A stretch of DNA of 64,000 nt from Octopus vulgaris (lineage: Eukaryota): assembly GCA_951406725.2 (NCBI GenBank), contig OX597821.1, positions 98,394,001-98,458,000 of the forward strand. Direction: 5' to 3'. Under the pieces are notes generated by a model that was not told where the DNA came from, did not search any database, and was given only the letters and a program-made list of their open reading frames with translations. The position numbers were made by a program, and so were the translations under genes. Position 1 is the stretch's first letter, and each line of letters begins with the position of its first letter. Below, one piece after another: positions 39,961 to 53,445 of the stretch.

Positions 39961-41169
39961 TGTGTGTGTGTGCGTGTTTGTATGGCTAGGAAAATATTTT
40001 CACAACTTCAAGTTTTACATCAGTTTATGGCAATCATAATTAACCCGTAAAAAAAAATTACCGCAAATAAACAATGCTAAAGCAATTACAAAACAAAAAA
40101 AAAAGGCGTAATTAAATGTAGTCTTTCAGTTCGCCCGATAGACCTGACACAGAAAAACAGAGATTCGTGGAAAACCTCTGCAGACATTGTGCAGCAGTCT
40201 TCCAATATATTGTTAATGTCGTTAACGAAATGGAACAACGGAGCACAATTATGAATGACGGTTCACCATTGTTTTGCCAGCAAAAACTAAAATTGAGGCC
40301 TTACAACTTCACACAAGGCTACTTTATTTGTAAGAATAATAGGACTGGTGTGTGTAGTCGATTGAAAGTATGTTTGGAATTTATTCGACTCGGCAAAAGC
40401 AACTGGGGCGGGTTTTGAACTTAGAACGTCCTTGAATAAGCAAATCATGAATGAATTGTTTAGTGATCTATTTAATTCCACATATACATGTGTTGGAAGC
40501 AGACAGAACGGTAAATTTTTTACAATCAACACCCCAACATTGTAAAAAATCTACCGACTGAACTGAGTCGCTTTGTGACAAGGAATTTTCTAACCGGCAC
40601 ATGGTTTGCTAGAAGTAGCAGCCAATTTTCCTTAGAGTCACGCACCACAAACAATAGGTAAAGAAGAAGAACATTAGAAGCATTGCATAACGTTTCAGAT
40701 ATGTCTGGAAACAAAAGACGGGATGGTCTCTGTTAGAAGATCAAGTCTGCTCAAACAGGCTGATGTGGACATAAACAAGTGTGTCCAGTATGTCCATAGT
40801 GACATTTTTGAGTTCCTTTTGTTTTTTGTTTTTTTAATTACAACTTCAACGTTCCGGCCAAATTTATTTTATTAAAATCATCTTCCGAATTATATGATTG
40901 CGTTTCTCTTCCCCTTTGAATACCAAACAGGTTGAGACCCGCTCACCCCCCTCATCCTCATACAAACTTCTTGTTTTAAAGTTATTCTACCTCACATCCA
41001 AATTTAATGCTAATTTAGGATTCAAACATCAGTTTATTTTACTAAACTTTTCATTATATTTCAACATTAGATATAAACAAAGCGCACTTCAACAGAAATA
41101 TGCTAACAAAAGGCTGTTCAATCACTGACATTTTTAGTGTCTAATGTATTGTGTGTGTGTATGTACCAC

Positions 41170-41211
<42 letters not shown>

Positions 41212-41338
41212 GCACACACATACATATATTATTTACATTTGACGGATATTTGTCCTTATCTTGTTTGTTAACATCCGTCAAATGTAAATAATGTACATAA
41301 TTCCTCATCTCTTAAATACAGAACTCTATTATACATAC

Positions 41339-41339
<1 letters not shown>

Positions 41340-41380
<41 letters not shown>

Positions 41381-41440
41381 TGTGTGTATATATATATATA
41401 TATATTTATCTATATGTATATTTTTATGTGTGTCTATATG

Positions 41441-41483
<43 letters not shown>

Positions 41484-41530
41484 ATATACATATATGTATG
41501 CATATGTGTGTATATATATATATGTATATA

Positions 41531-41575
<45 letters not shown>

Positions 41576-41793
41576 CCAGAGAGAGGGGGGAAGAGAGATA
41601 AGCGTGTTGCATAAAAATACGAAATCGAAATGCCAAAAGGGATGATACTGAACAGAGAAACATTTAGTAAAAAAAGTGATGAGTATTTTGTTAAAATTTC
41701 ACACAAAGAAGGCACATTACACACAAATGCCTACACAAATAGAAAAATGTGTGTACCTATGTGAGTAAATGTATGTGTAAGTGTGTGTGTATG

Positions 41794-41833
<40 letters not shown>

Positions 41834-41917
41834 TATTATAAATATATATATATATATAAAGTACATACTTATAAATACCCATATATATATATATATAAAG
41901 TACATACTTATAAATAC

Positions 41918-41985
<68 letters not shown>
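41340..41985. repeat. (TA)n-dominated microsatellite tracts
   Basis: Directly visible. Confidence 0.9.
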
Positions 41986-41986
<1 letters not shown>

Positions 41987-42475
41987 CATACACAAAAGTC
42001 TGTATATATATATGTTGCGAAACTGACAACTATGTCTAACTGCTATTAATTTCATAAGGTGCTGGTTGTTGATAAACAATCAGAAGCGGAGTGGTGACAA
42101 AAGAAGGTGGAACGACAGAATTTAATACATCAGCCAATAAAGACTGAAACAGGTTTGTCAGGTAGTTTTAATGAAGAAAGCAGATATTTATGGCCGAATT
42201 AAAAGCAAGAGTGAAACCGACTTCCTTAAACTAACAACACGAATTATTTAAGACCATCCATTCTCTAATAGAAGTTACAATGTTATATAATAATAATACA
42301 CAAGGGTTAGGGATTAAAACTGCAAGCAAACACAAAAATAAGGTGATTTGATATGAACTACAAGAAAATGCTATGCTTCCTTTCTTCTTACTGCCAAGGT
42401 GCTTCTTTTGTTTTAGATTAATAAAGCTAGAAGCACGCGTGTGCGTGTATACATACGCGTATGTATATATATATA

Positions 42476-42851
42476 TCTTTATATATAAAAGTGAAGTTGT
42501 GTGTCTGTCTCCTACGATTTAGATTCCTAACTACTCCCACATTTTGCGGTGCAGTTTAACCAAAACCGGGTATCTTATAGTCGTCATTCATATCGAGCCC
42601 TTCTGGGTATTAGCGCGCGTCTACGATGAGTCTACGATTTTAAAAATAATTTACCATCATTTTTTTCCCATTTTAATGCATTTTTTCGCTATTATATAAG
42701 GGAAGTAACTCTCTAAAAAATGTCTACGATGAGTCAACGATTTAAAAAAAATTAACCATAATTTTTTTTTGCTATTTTTTGGCTATAACTCTAAAAATGC
42801 TTATATAGTTATTTCCCTTACAAACCCGAGCAACGCCGGGCGATACTGCTA

Positions 42852-42852
<1 letters not shown>
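42476..42852 (+). mobile_element. Non-autonomous Helitron
   Basis: A|TCTTTATATATAAAAG start; 3' hairpin CCCGAGCAACGCCGGG; CTAG|T end; no TSD. Confidence 0.85.
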
Positions 42853-42897
<45 letters not shown>

Positions 42898-43294
42898 ATA
42901 CATATGTGTGCGCGTGCACACACGCATACATATTCTTTAGTGGTTTATGTAGGTGATTCCACGGGCTTTTTAGTCAGTTTCACATCGCACACTACATCTG
43001 CTCTTCGAATATCCTTTGTAATATTATAATGTATTTGCGGCATACAATGGTTCGTCATGACTTTGAATTTGGTGTTTTCCAAGCGAGGATATAATACACA
43101 ATAGCATCGCGGGAGATTAAATAGGAGGAAATGCTCTGATTTGGTTTTTCGTTTAGAAGCAATCACATAGACATTTTTAACATCGTATATATATACACAT
43201 ACATACATACATATTTATCAAAATAAAAACATGATGCAAAGGATTTAGCAATCACAGACATTTTTAACATCGTGTATGTGTGTGTTGTATACAT

Positions 43295-43325
<31 letters not shown>

Positions 43326-43697
43326 CACACATACATATTTATCAAAATAAAAACATGATGCAAAGGATGAAGCCAGAAACATATGTACCGCTAAATCCTT
43401 TGCATCATGTTTTTATTTTGATAAATATACTCTATCACCTACACCACTAAATGGCATATACAGGTGCTTACAATTATCAAGTATTCACCCTGAATTTTTT
43501 ATATACATACATATATATACATTACACACATATACATAATTATGTATACACATACGCCTACGCACACGCTCATACTATAATAGTTGAAAATACCCGGTGT
43601 TGCTCGGGTGACGAATAAATTTTTTTTTAATTTGACCTAAGTTTTCGAGTTTGTACATTTTGCATGTTAATTTACATACACGTATGCGGGTGGGGCG

Positions 43698-43733
<36 letters not shown>

Positions 43734-43929
43734 AATGTTTAGATGTTTGATAGTTTTCCAGTTTCCTATATGTGAAGATTTTGAAACTGTTGGTAATTTT
43801 CACTTTTTGACTGAATATATACACACATATTTCCTTGTAATTCTTATCGATATGCAACAAATAAAACAAACAATTCTAAAAGAAATGCATTTTATTCGGT
43901 TAGGACTCTAGAGTGGGAACTGAGATTTG

Positions 43930-44221
43930 TTGATTGCATGGCATCTCCCTCGGCACAATTAGGGATTTCAATCAGATAGAGCACAAGACTCTAATAGCTA
44001 AACTTGTACAATTAGAGAGTTTTTGTGTTTCCAAATTTTTTGGCCATGTTATTATATAGGCGCAGGAGTGGCTGTGTGGTAAATAGCTTGCTAACCAACC
44101 ACATGGTTCCGGGTTCAGTCCCACTGCATGGCATCTTGGGCAAGTGTCTTCTGCTATAGCCCCGGGCCGACCAATGCCTTGTGAGTGGATTTGGTTGGCG
44201 GAAACTGAAAGAAGCCTGTCG

Positions 44222-44271
<50 letters not shown>

Positions 44272-45060
44272 TGTATTTGTCCCCCTAGCATTGCTTGACA
44301 ACCGATGCTGGTGTGTTTACGTCCCCGTCACTTAGCGGTTCAGCAAAAGAGACTGATAGAATAAGTACTGGGCTTACAAAGAATAAGTCCCGGGGACGAT
44401 TTGCTCAACTAAAGGCGGTGCTCCAGCATGGCCGCAGTCAAAATGACTGAAACAAGTAAAAGAGTAAAAGAGAGAGTGGTCCTACTCTCAGTTAAATATT
44501 GTAAGAAATAACAGTAAGGAGTTGAAGAGAATTGAGAAATTCTATTGCATGGTTAATAGTAGCATTGTAAACTTCAACTACTGAGTGAATTGAATCGAAA
44601 TATTTAGACTGGGTTGGAATTTGCTGAATGGCAATAATATATACAGCATGATGTCATTTTTTTTTTTTGAGCTACAATTCAAAAAGCACATTGGGAGCAC
44701 ATTCAAAAAGTCATTCGTGGTTTCCCTAATTTTTTGAGAGGCAAGGATAAACTTCCAATAACATTTTGAGAAGTATTTACTGTTCTACAATTCTTCTTGT
44801 ATTTCAACACTGCCGCTCTCAGCATCAGTTGATAGCTGACTATTATTACTCCTAATTGAAGTAAAACATTTTGCAAACTGTGCTGCTGAAATACCTCTTA
44901 TTAAGTAGAATTTTTATGCAAATAATAATTTGTGCTATTTCTTTTCCTGCTTCTCTCGGGGAATATCTCTTCCTGTTGATTCATGCATGATCCATTCTTC
45001 CAACACCAGTAGGCAGCCAATGCAAAAGTAGTAAAGTTTTCAGATGACCATCTCACCTTC
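43930..45060 (-). mobile_element. Possible highly degraded hAT transposase remnant interrupted by a SINE
   Basis: Minus-strand fragments MHESTGRDI and W...LAIRVL resemble hAT TTG.DIF and dimerisation-domain motifs; weak. Confidence 0.25.
44059..44476 (+). mobile_element. Family C SINE
   Basis: Full-length match with a (TG)n core. Confidence 0.9.
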
Positions 45061-45133
45061 CTTCAAATAGTTTTCTTGTACTTTTTACACGACTAAGTAC
45101 TCTACCTGTACTTTCCTTTCCTCAATTTATAGT

Positions 45134-45364
45134 TATTTCTTTACTACCCACAAGAAGCTAAACATAGAGAGGACAAACAAGGACAGACAAATGGATCAAG
45201 TCGGTTATATTGACCCCAGTGCATAACTGGTACTTAATTTATCGACCCCGAAAGGATGAAAGGTAAAGTCGACCTCGGCGGAATTTGAACTCAGAATGTA
45301 ATGCCAGACGAAATACGGCTACGCTTTTCGTCCGGCATGCTAACGTTTCTGCCAGCTCGCCGCC
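45134..45364 (-). mobile_element. Family D SINE, full length
   Basis: 22-bp TSD TTTCCTTTCCTCAATTTATAGT at 45112-45133 and 45365-45386. Confidence 0.92.
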
Positions 45365-46364
45365 TTTCCTTTCCTCAATTTATAGTGGAACAGAGAACAC
45401 TTGGAGTTGAAAATATAGACTACTTTATCCTTTGCATTCATTTCATGTAAATATATGCAAATACCCTAGCATATGATTAATAATATGGGAACTTCATATG
45501 TAAATGTCTTTAAGCATAAAATGTGCATTCAAAGTGAATACTCTATAAAACTGCTCATTCCTCTGACCAAAACAAAAAAAATAATCTATAGGCATATCAT
45601 AATCAACTGCAATGTCTACTTTTCCATGCTTTCATGTCAGGCGGAAATTGAGGTAGATTTTCTATGGTCAAATGCCTTTCCTATTGCCAACCTTCACCTA
45701 TTTTCGAAGCTGGGTAATATTTCTTCATGGCCATTGTTTTCATAGAGAACTGGAAATGAGGGATATCATTTGTACGACTGTGATGCTTGCTTGCCGCTAT
45801 TGTGCATGCAAGGAGAAAGAAGCCCCTGCCAATATGTGCACACATATATACAAAGGTCTTTTTTCATTTCCATCTATCAAATCCACTTACAAGGTTGTTG
45901 GTTGGTCTAGGGCTATAGTAAAAGACACTTGTTCAGTGTCACACAAAGGGACTGAACTTGAAACCATGTGGTTGTAAAGTGAACTTCTTAACCATGTGGA
46001 TAGGTGAAGCTTATTCAAAGCAGTCGGCAAAATTCAGGAGAAATCAGTGTGTTTGCACCGGGGTGGGAGTGGGGGAATGGGCCCTAAGAAGTAATATCTC
46101 AGCTGTGCTCTACATTCTAAATATACAGACTGCAGATTTGTATGTACATAATACAGTGAATTGAAAAATTTCAATCAACTATTGTAATGGGAGTTACCTC
46201 TCTTGCTTTTTGCTTTTAGATTTGAAGCACTTATATAGTTGGATTTTTTTCCTTCTAGCTGCAAGGATAATCTCAGTGAATTAACATTTTTACAAACTCA
46301 CCGCATATCACATTCGTGAAAATCTACCACATGTGCATTAGGCGGGCAGAACAGTCTCAGAACG

Positions 46365-46542
46365 TTATTTCTTTACTACCCACAAGGGGCTAAACATAGA
46401 GAGGACAGACAAGGAGACAAACGGATTAAGCCAGTTATATCGACCCCAGTGCGTAACTGGTGCTTAATTTATTGACCCCGAAAGGATGAAAGGTAAAGTC
46501 GACCTCGGCGGAATTTGAACTCAGAATGTAATGCCAGACGAA
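46365..46542 (-). mobile_element. Family D SINE, 5'-truncated
   Basis: Tail and Deu/Nin domain present, head missing. Confidence 0.85.
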
Positions 46543-46809
46543 AGTGGGTTTCAATCAGGGTTCCGCAAGAAGTTACAAAACTGCTAAAATCGGCAGTAAT
46601 TTTTAATTCTCCTGTGTAGATATGTGTGCATAAGACTATTAAATTATTGCACAGGGGTTCCTCGAGCCAGTGGAATGCCTCCTTGGGGTTCCGCTTCAGC
46701 AAAAAGTTTGAAAAGCACTGATCTAGTGTATTTCGCTCAGGTGTCATCATCATTTAAAACCCATTTTCCATGTTGGCATGGGTTGGATAGGTCAATGGGA
46801 TGTGATAGG

Positions 46810-48260
46810 CAGGAGTGCATTAGGACTGGCAGAGATAAGAGAGTGAGAAAGCTGTTGGAGGAATGCACAATTGCTGAGGCAAAAGAAGGTCTTGTGAAGC
46901 AACTACAGTCATTCAGAAGACACATTTACAACATTAACCCTTTCGTTACCAACCTGGCCAAAACTTCCTCTGGTTCTGTAATACAAATGTCTTATTTTCA
47001 TAAGATTTTAATTAAAATCTTCCACCAAACCTTAGTCACAATTTACGTTCCTAACACTAGCTTAATGGTAACTAAGTTATTCTATTAAATTCTTTGTTTA
47101 TATTTAAAATAATTGAAAGAAACACAGAGCATCTCAAAATATATATGGTAATGAAAGGGTTAAGTGGCAGTTTGCAGAGCTCAAGTTCCTGAAAAAAACC
47201 CTGAAAATTGGTGAAGTGATCATTCAAGATTTTTCAGAAAATTTTCAACTGAAGCACCAGAAAGAAGTGATGGCAGCTCACTGGTCCAGTGACATGGTCA
47301 CTCTTTTCACTACTTTGTCTTACTTCAAGTATGAAGAAGGTGAGCTTGAGCATACATCATATGTAGTTGTTTCTGATGAATTGAAGCACGAAAAGTGCAG
47401 TATCAATGCTTTAAACACAGCGGTTATCAATGAGGCTAAGCAGTTAACTCAGGCCTCCAAAATACACGACTGGAGTGATGGTGCTGGCTCTCAGTTCAAA
47501 AACAAGTACACCCTGGCGAAGTTGCTTGATCATGAGTATGACTTTGGTGCAGAAGATTCATGGTTATTTTTTTGAGACTGCACATGGAAAGGAACCTGTG
47601 GATGGTGCTAGTGGCAAAGTCAAGTGTGCAGTTTGGAGATCTATTTTGCAAAATAAAGAGGCTGTGATAAATGCAAAAGAATTCTATAGTGTGACCAAGA
47701 AAATGTGCAAAAAAATTCATACACTTTTTGTTCCACAATCCTCTATCAACAGTCACTCAGAGAAGTTGGACTGATTGCAGGGCAATCCCAAATACTCATG
47801 CCATCCACTTTGTTGTAAAAGCCAATGCTGGTTCAATCGTCACTGCCATGAATTCCCAATTCAAAGTCCAAGCATCACGCACAGAATTCACTTCGTCACG
47901 ATCACTTGAGCAAACTAGATCAACCCCAACAGAACCAGCAGTTCCTGTAGAGCCAGGTTCTCCCAACAGTATCACAGTGCATGTGGATGCAGTACTATGC
48001 TGTCAACTGTCTTTGCCAGTTCTACATTGGCAGGGCCCTAGAATATGTCTGATTAAGTTCAAGTTTCTTCATAGACCTGTTGTTGCTGGTATCAACACCT
48101 TTAACTGGCTCAGAAGGGATGGTATTGACACTTGTCATACAAATAATGTGTTCTATGGTCCTATCCAGTTGGTTGGCACTGGACTTTTTACAGTAGTTAA
48201 GCTAGAAAACATCAACAAAGCATTTGCTCTTCTCACAAAAAGCCACAGTAAAAGTATTTG
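46810..48260 (+). mobile_element. Decayed DDE transposase, Sola2-like (DFSEN / SDGAGSQFKN / HGK..DG motifs)
   Basis: DFSENFQLKHQKEVMAAHW, VVVSDELKHEK, IHDWSDGAGSQFKNKY, FFETAHGKEPVDGASGKVK; frameshifts; superfamily assignment from motif recollection. Confidence 0.7.
46938..47159. mobile_element. piggyBac-type MITE-A inserted in the Sola2-like ORF
   Basis: TTAA on both sides; removing it restores the frame HIYNIKWQFAELKFLKK. Confidence 0.9.
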
Positions 48261-48327
48261 TTGTACTGGAGAATGCAGGTGTCTCTTCATTTTCAAACAG
48301 ACCTTCGACCCCAAGTGTGTTTTTTAA

Positions 48328-48547
48328 CCCTTTAGTGTTCAGATTACTCTGTTAAATGTAATGCTTTTTTATTTAAATTGTTTTGAATTAATCCTGGATT
48401 ATCTTACAGCTCTGAGGTTTCAATGATGTGATTGTTTATTTTTAGACTGTCAATGTAGGTTAGGTGTGAGAGGCTGGATCTGACCAGTTTGAATATAAAA
48501 TATGTAGAATATATTGGGCTGGATTTGGCCATTCAAACATTAAAGGG
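48328..48547. mobile_element. piggyBac-type MITE-B
   Basis: TTAA|CCCTTTAGTGTT...AACATTAAAGGG|TTAA; related copies at ~25332, ~33780-33916 and ~57908-58128. Confidence 0.85.
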
Positions 48548-51479
48548 TTAAGGATATTTTAAAATATTCTAGCTTAAAAGACAAAACTTATACCTCTTTG
48601 ATTTGCAATTTGATGATTGATTTTTGTAATCAGTCAGACTTTGTATACAGTTATATATTTATTATATATAATTCATAATTTTTATATTTAATAACTACGC
48701 ATTTTTAGAGCAAAACTGAAAAAGGGGCTAGAGTATGTAACACATGTATTTGGTCAGAATAACTCCATGTGCACAAAAAGTTTAGATTGAGTGTTCTTAA
48801 ATGATTATTTATATTTTCATTTTAATTTATGCTCGTCTGTATATATATATATTTATAGATTCCCATTTTAAATCTAAATGTAGATTTGCTACAAACTTTG
48901 AGGAAATTTATGAAAACTTTGCACAGTTGAAACAAATTTAGGAATTAAAGTATATTGTTGATATACTTGCAGTATAAATGTTTAATTTATAAGAAGCTAT
49001 TGAAGTGGACACATTTTCACCTCTGCAACAGTATACTATCTTATAAAGTGCTGTCCCACTCAGAAAACCTGAAAGAATGGGATTTCTTTGTTATCTTTGA
49101 CAAACATAAAATATTGCAATTCAGCATTCAATTAGTTTTTATATATTGTTCCAAGATTCAGAGAATTTTAAAATTGAAATGGAAGCTTTAGAAAAAGGAA
49201 ATTTTCTGTTCCCTGTCCCGACAGCACACGTTTTGTGTTCTACAGCATCAGAAGATCATTATATAAAAAAAAGTCACACAGTGACCACAGGTGACTTTGT
49301 AAAAACTAGAAGCTTCACTGCCCAAACAGACTCAAATGTCAAAAATGTTGAGAAATTATTATGACAAAAACACTTCTGATTTTCCCTTCCAAAACATAAA
49401 AAATACTGTGGAATGTACCATATATGCACATACATAGTAAATCAAAAGATCTCTCAAAGAAGAGGATTCAGTTGATTGATCAACTGAATTATCTGGTCAC
49501 TGAATTAGCATGCAAATGCCTGACCATTTCACAGAAATGTATATCCTTAATGGAATCCTCAGAGAGAATCAGTGTGACAGTGTGTAGCAAGGTTGTTCCT
49601 ATAAAATTATATAGACAACCCATCTGGCGAGCTTCTTGACAGTTTCCATCACCTAGTGAACTCTTGTGAATGACATGTCCAAAATACCAGGTAACAGAAT
49701 TGAACTTAGAACGAACCTCATGACTGAACATCTTAACCTTTTAACCATCGTATGTTCACAAATATTTTTTTACATATAAACACACATACACCTCTCTCTC
49801 TCTCTCTCTAAATATGTGTGTGTGTGTGTGTTATATTTAACGTCCACTTTCCATGCTGGCATGGGTTAGACAGTTTGATTGGAAAGGGTAAGCTGGAGGG
49901 CTGCATCAAGTTCCAGTCTGATTTGGGCACAGTTTATACACACATATATAAATGCAAATTATATATATCATTTGACATTTGCTTTCCATACTGGTATGAC
50001 TAGGATGGTTCAATAGGTCAGAGGATCATCTTGCTTCAATGTATCACTTTTTGGCATGGTTTCTTACAGCTAAATGCCTTTCCTAACACTAACCACTTTA
50101 GAGTACAGTACAAAATGGCACCAGCACTACTGAGGTTGCCTTGCTGTCAGCAAGGCTTCTCATGCTCTGTAATACACACAAACTCATACATGTGTGTGTA
50201 TGATTTTATGGGCATGCACACACGTGGGTGTTATTTGGTCATATATTTGTAAGAATGAGGAAATAATATCCAAAGCTGAAAACTGCTAAACATGCCATCA
50301 TACTGATCGTTCAGCACGATACGGTATTCATATCATGATATTCGATATTTGTTATTAATACAAAATATTATAATTTATAAACATATCGTTGTTCCAGTCT
50401 TCAGAAATAAATGAAATAAACAAACAACACCGAGGTGTAGAGAAAATTGACTGAAATTTGCTCTCGTTTATTTTGTAGCTCAAGGGGTCACGAGCGACGA
50501 AGAAAGTCATCTGCTTTGGAACAAATAAATTCTACTAAACGCTTTGAGTACTTGCTCTGATATTTGTATATATGAGGGAGATGCTATCCAACTCCCTCAT
50601 TCTGGAAAACAAAAACATGGAGAAGGGGGACGTGGAAATGAAAAGAAACTAATAATCACACAAAAGGTGGGGTTGCCCCAGTATTGCCACAACCCCTCTC
50701 TTATATTTATAAATATAATGACCAGGAAATTTATATCATCGTGGCATAGCTTAAAACGGTTGAGCCAAAAAAAATTGGTGGATGGGGAAGAAATATATTT
50801 AAGATAGTTTGCACTTTGAAAATGTCAACCTGAAAACAAAGAGAGAGCGAGAATTAGGAAGCAATGAAAGCTATTTGGCATTGTGTACGTCAATCTGTAG
50901 AAGGTAGCACAGGAAGGAATGAATGTCTTCCCGTTTTTACTAACAAAGACATGCACACACACACGCAAACACACACAAACACGTGTGTGAGTGTGTGTGT
51001 ATGTAATAGTGGGCTACCTTTTCCCGTCTCAAATGGTTGCCTCTATCAAACAAATGTGTGCGTGTGTCTGTGTATGGTACGCAAGAATTATTTGTAATGC
51101 ACGCAAGAATGCATGTATGAATGGATGTGTGCGTCTGTGTTTGTGGTGGGTTAAGTAAGTAAGTATCCATCCACCTCGACGTCAATTCATGCAAACGCCT
51201 TTATAAAAAGGTCAACCTGCCTAAATAAAACAGATGAAATCTGCAAGTTTTGTTTTGAAGGAAGATGGGGGGAAAAACCTGAGGGAAGGGGGACTGTTTC
51301 TTCTCTTTTCTGTCAGCTCATGTGGCTGGCTGGCTGGCTTTTTAGAAGCCAATTACACGCACGCACATAGGCACGCACAAACTGCTGGCGATATATAAAT
51401 AAATAGACAGACAGACAGACAACAGATGCAAATACACATATATGCAAATATATACACCATCAAATATATATTTATATAC

Positions 51480-51638
51480 CTCAGAGAGAGTCCGGGATAT
51501 CCGTTTAGCTTGGGTTATCTTCACATTGGCCATGATTTGGCTACAACAGCAGAGTTTTGTAATCCAAGTCTGACGGCCGTTTTTCTCGATGAAGTCGGCT
51601 TCCACACTGAAGCCATGTCCCGGTTCAGGGAGGGACAT
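51480..51638 (-). CDS. Candidate first coding exon of an unidentified host gene (MSLPEPGH...KLCCCSQI-MANVKITQAKRISRTLSE; start may be ATG at 51533)
   Basis: Open frame in unique CpG-rich sequence ending at a GAG|GTATAT donor in phase 0; the ATG at 51533 has good context (ATCATGG); product not recognised. Confidence 0.5.
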
Positions 51639-51639
51639 A

Positions 51640-52060
51640 GCTAACCCAATGTAGTGGAGTAGCGGCAGCGGTGCCTTTGTCTCGCACTCACATCAGGAGA
51701 GTCGCTTTTTTTACCTTGCCAACTCCTCGCAAAGCTCGACTGACGACGCCGCCACCGTCGACACCAACACCAACACCTTCGCCTCCTCACTCATATACAC
51801 ACTCCCCCTCTCGCCTCTACGGATGTATCTGCGTGTGTGTGCGCGCGAGATTCTGCATGCGTGTGTGTGTGTGTGTGTGTGCGTGCGTGTCTGTGCATGA
51901 ATGTGCGCGCATCTGTGCATGAATGTGCGCGCGTCTATGTGTATATGTGTACGCGTCTATGTGTATATGTGCATCCGCAAGCGTACATATGTGGATATGA
52001 TTGCATGTGTGTGTGCTCATGCATATGCGTGTGTATGTGGGTATGTATGTGTTTATGCAC
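51640..52060 (-). promoter_or_regulatory. CpG-rich putative promoter and 5' UTR region
   Basis: Local GC and CpG enrichment (GACGACGCCGCCACCGTCGAC, CGCGCG) in an otherwise CpG-poor window; extra donor-like site CAAG|GTAAAA at 51714. Confidence 0.45.
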
Positions 52061-52599
52061 GAGCGTATGTGAATATTTGTTAAAATTTATAATGGTTGGT
52101 GTGACAAACTAGATTTATTTTCTGTAAATGAGTGAGGTACCAAAACAAAAACGAGGGTATGTCTATAAACGATGTCAACACCGCTTGTTAATGGTGATGA
52201 TGTCTTTGAAAAATAAACGTTTTATGTACACCATGTGTCAATACGACTGTTAAAAGTCAGCGATGGTTAAGTAGTAGAGGGTAGTAGTAGCTGTTGTAAT
52301 AATAAAATATATAATAATGCCAGCGACAGTAAGTGTTAGTGTCTTAAATATCTTACAAGCCAATATGAATGAATGACAGAAGTAGCAAGGAATGAATGGA
52401 AGACAGAACGAACACAAATGAAGAAAAAAAAAAGAAGTCAAGAGAGCAACATTTAAACGATGAAGAAGGAAGCTCTCAGTGACTTAGCAGTGGTATAATA
52501 AATAGTTAGTAGCAGAAGGAAGAAATAAGAGGGTGGATGAACGGTGGGGGGATGACGATCGCAGCAAACAATAGTGAAAAAAGTGCTACATGATCGTTT

Positions 52600-53445
52600 C
52601 CATCTGCTAGAAATAGCAGCCAAATCTAACTTAAAAAATCACACCCAACTGTCTTAGAAAAAATAAAGGAGGCGTTGGATAATACCAGTCTTGGGTGTGC
52701 AATGCTTAGGGAACAAGAGACGGGAGAGTCACGGCTGGAATGCCTTTCACTATGTCTGCTTGATCAGAGTTGACTTGTGGCTAAACGTCAATAGCAGCGG
52801 TAATGTATGTCATTGGTTCGATAATGAAATGACTACTTGGCCGCTGAACATGCTAGAAATAGCAGCTAGCTTAATCTTCCTGGAATCACTCATGAGTGTC
52901 ATAACAGAGGAAGGACTACAGTAGCCGACGGAATGGTCACGGTTGGAACGTTATTAGTCAAAGGTTAGCAGCTAGCTTAATCTTCCTGAAATCACTCATG
53001 AGTGTCATAACAGAGGAAGGACATGTAAATGGAAGGACTACAGTAGCCAACGGAATGGTCACGGTTGGAACGTTTTTAGTCAAAGGTTTTCTGGATCAGA
53101 ATTGAGCTGAATAACTAAACGTGCAATACTCTTACAAAAACACATACACACACACTCACACACAAACTATGCTATTGATTGTACACTAGACGTGGCATTA
53201 TATACAGTATAGGAGCCAAAGATGGAACATCGTGGTCGGTAAACTCGACCTGATTGCAACAGTAGCCGAATATTCCCCAAATCACATTCTACTAATCCGT
53301 TTTTTTCTTGCTTTTTTTTAAGGTGGAGAAAGACAGTTAATTTAACGCCTATTGTATAATACTGCGAATGGTCACGGCTGGAATCGTCTTTGATTAATAG
53401 GTTTGCTATCAAAGAACAAGGTTGACCTGAAGCGAAACAACCACA
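52600..53445 (+). mobile_element. Three or four tandem copies of an old SINE-like repeat (GCTAGAAATAGCAGCC...GGTCACGGCTGGAATG...GCTAAAC)
   Basis: The same motifs recur in degraded form at ~16690, 26250 (-), 35565, 40605, 57080, 58255 and 58660 (-). Confidence 0.6.

Noticed and set aside
51671-51922. Plus-strand ORF MPLSRTH... reminiscent of a glycogen synthase N-terminus
   Set aside because: Starts at GTG, similarity is limited to a few residues, and it runs into (TG)n repeats
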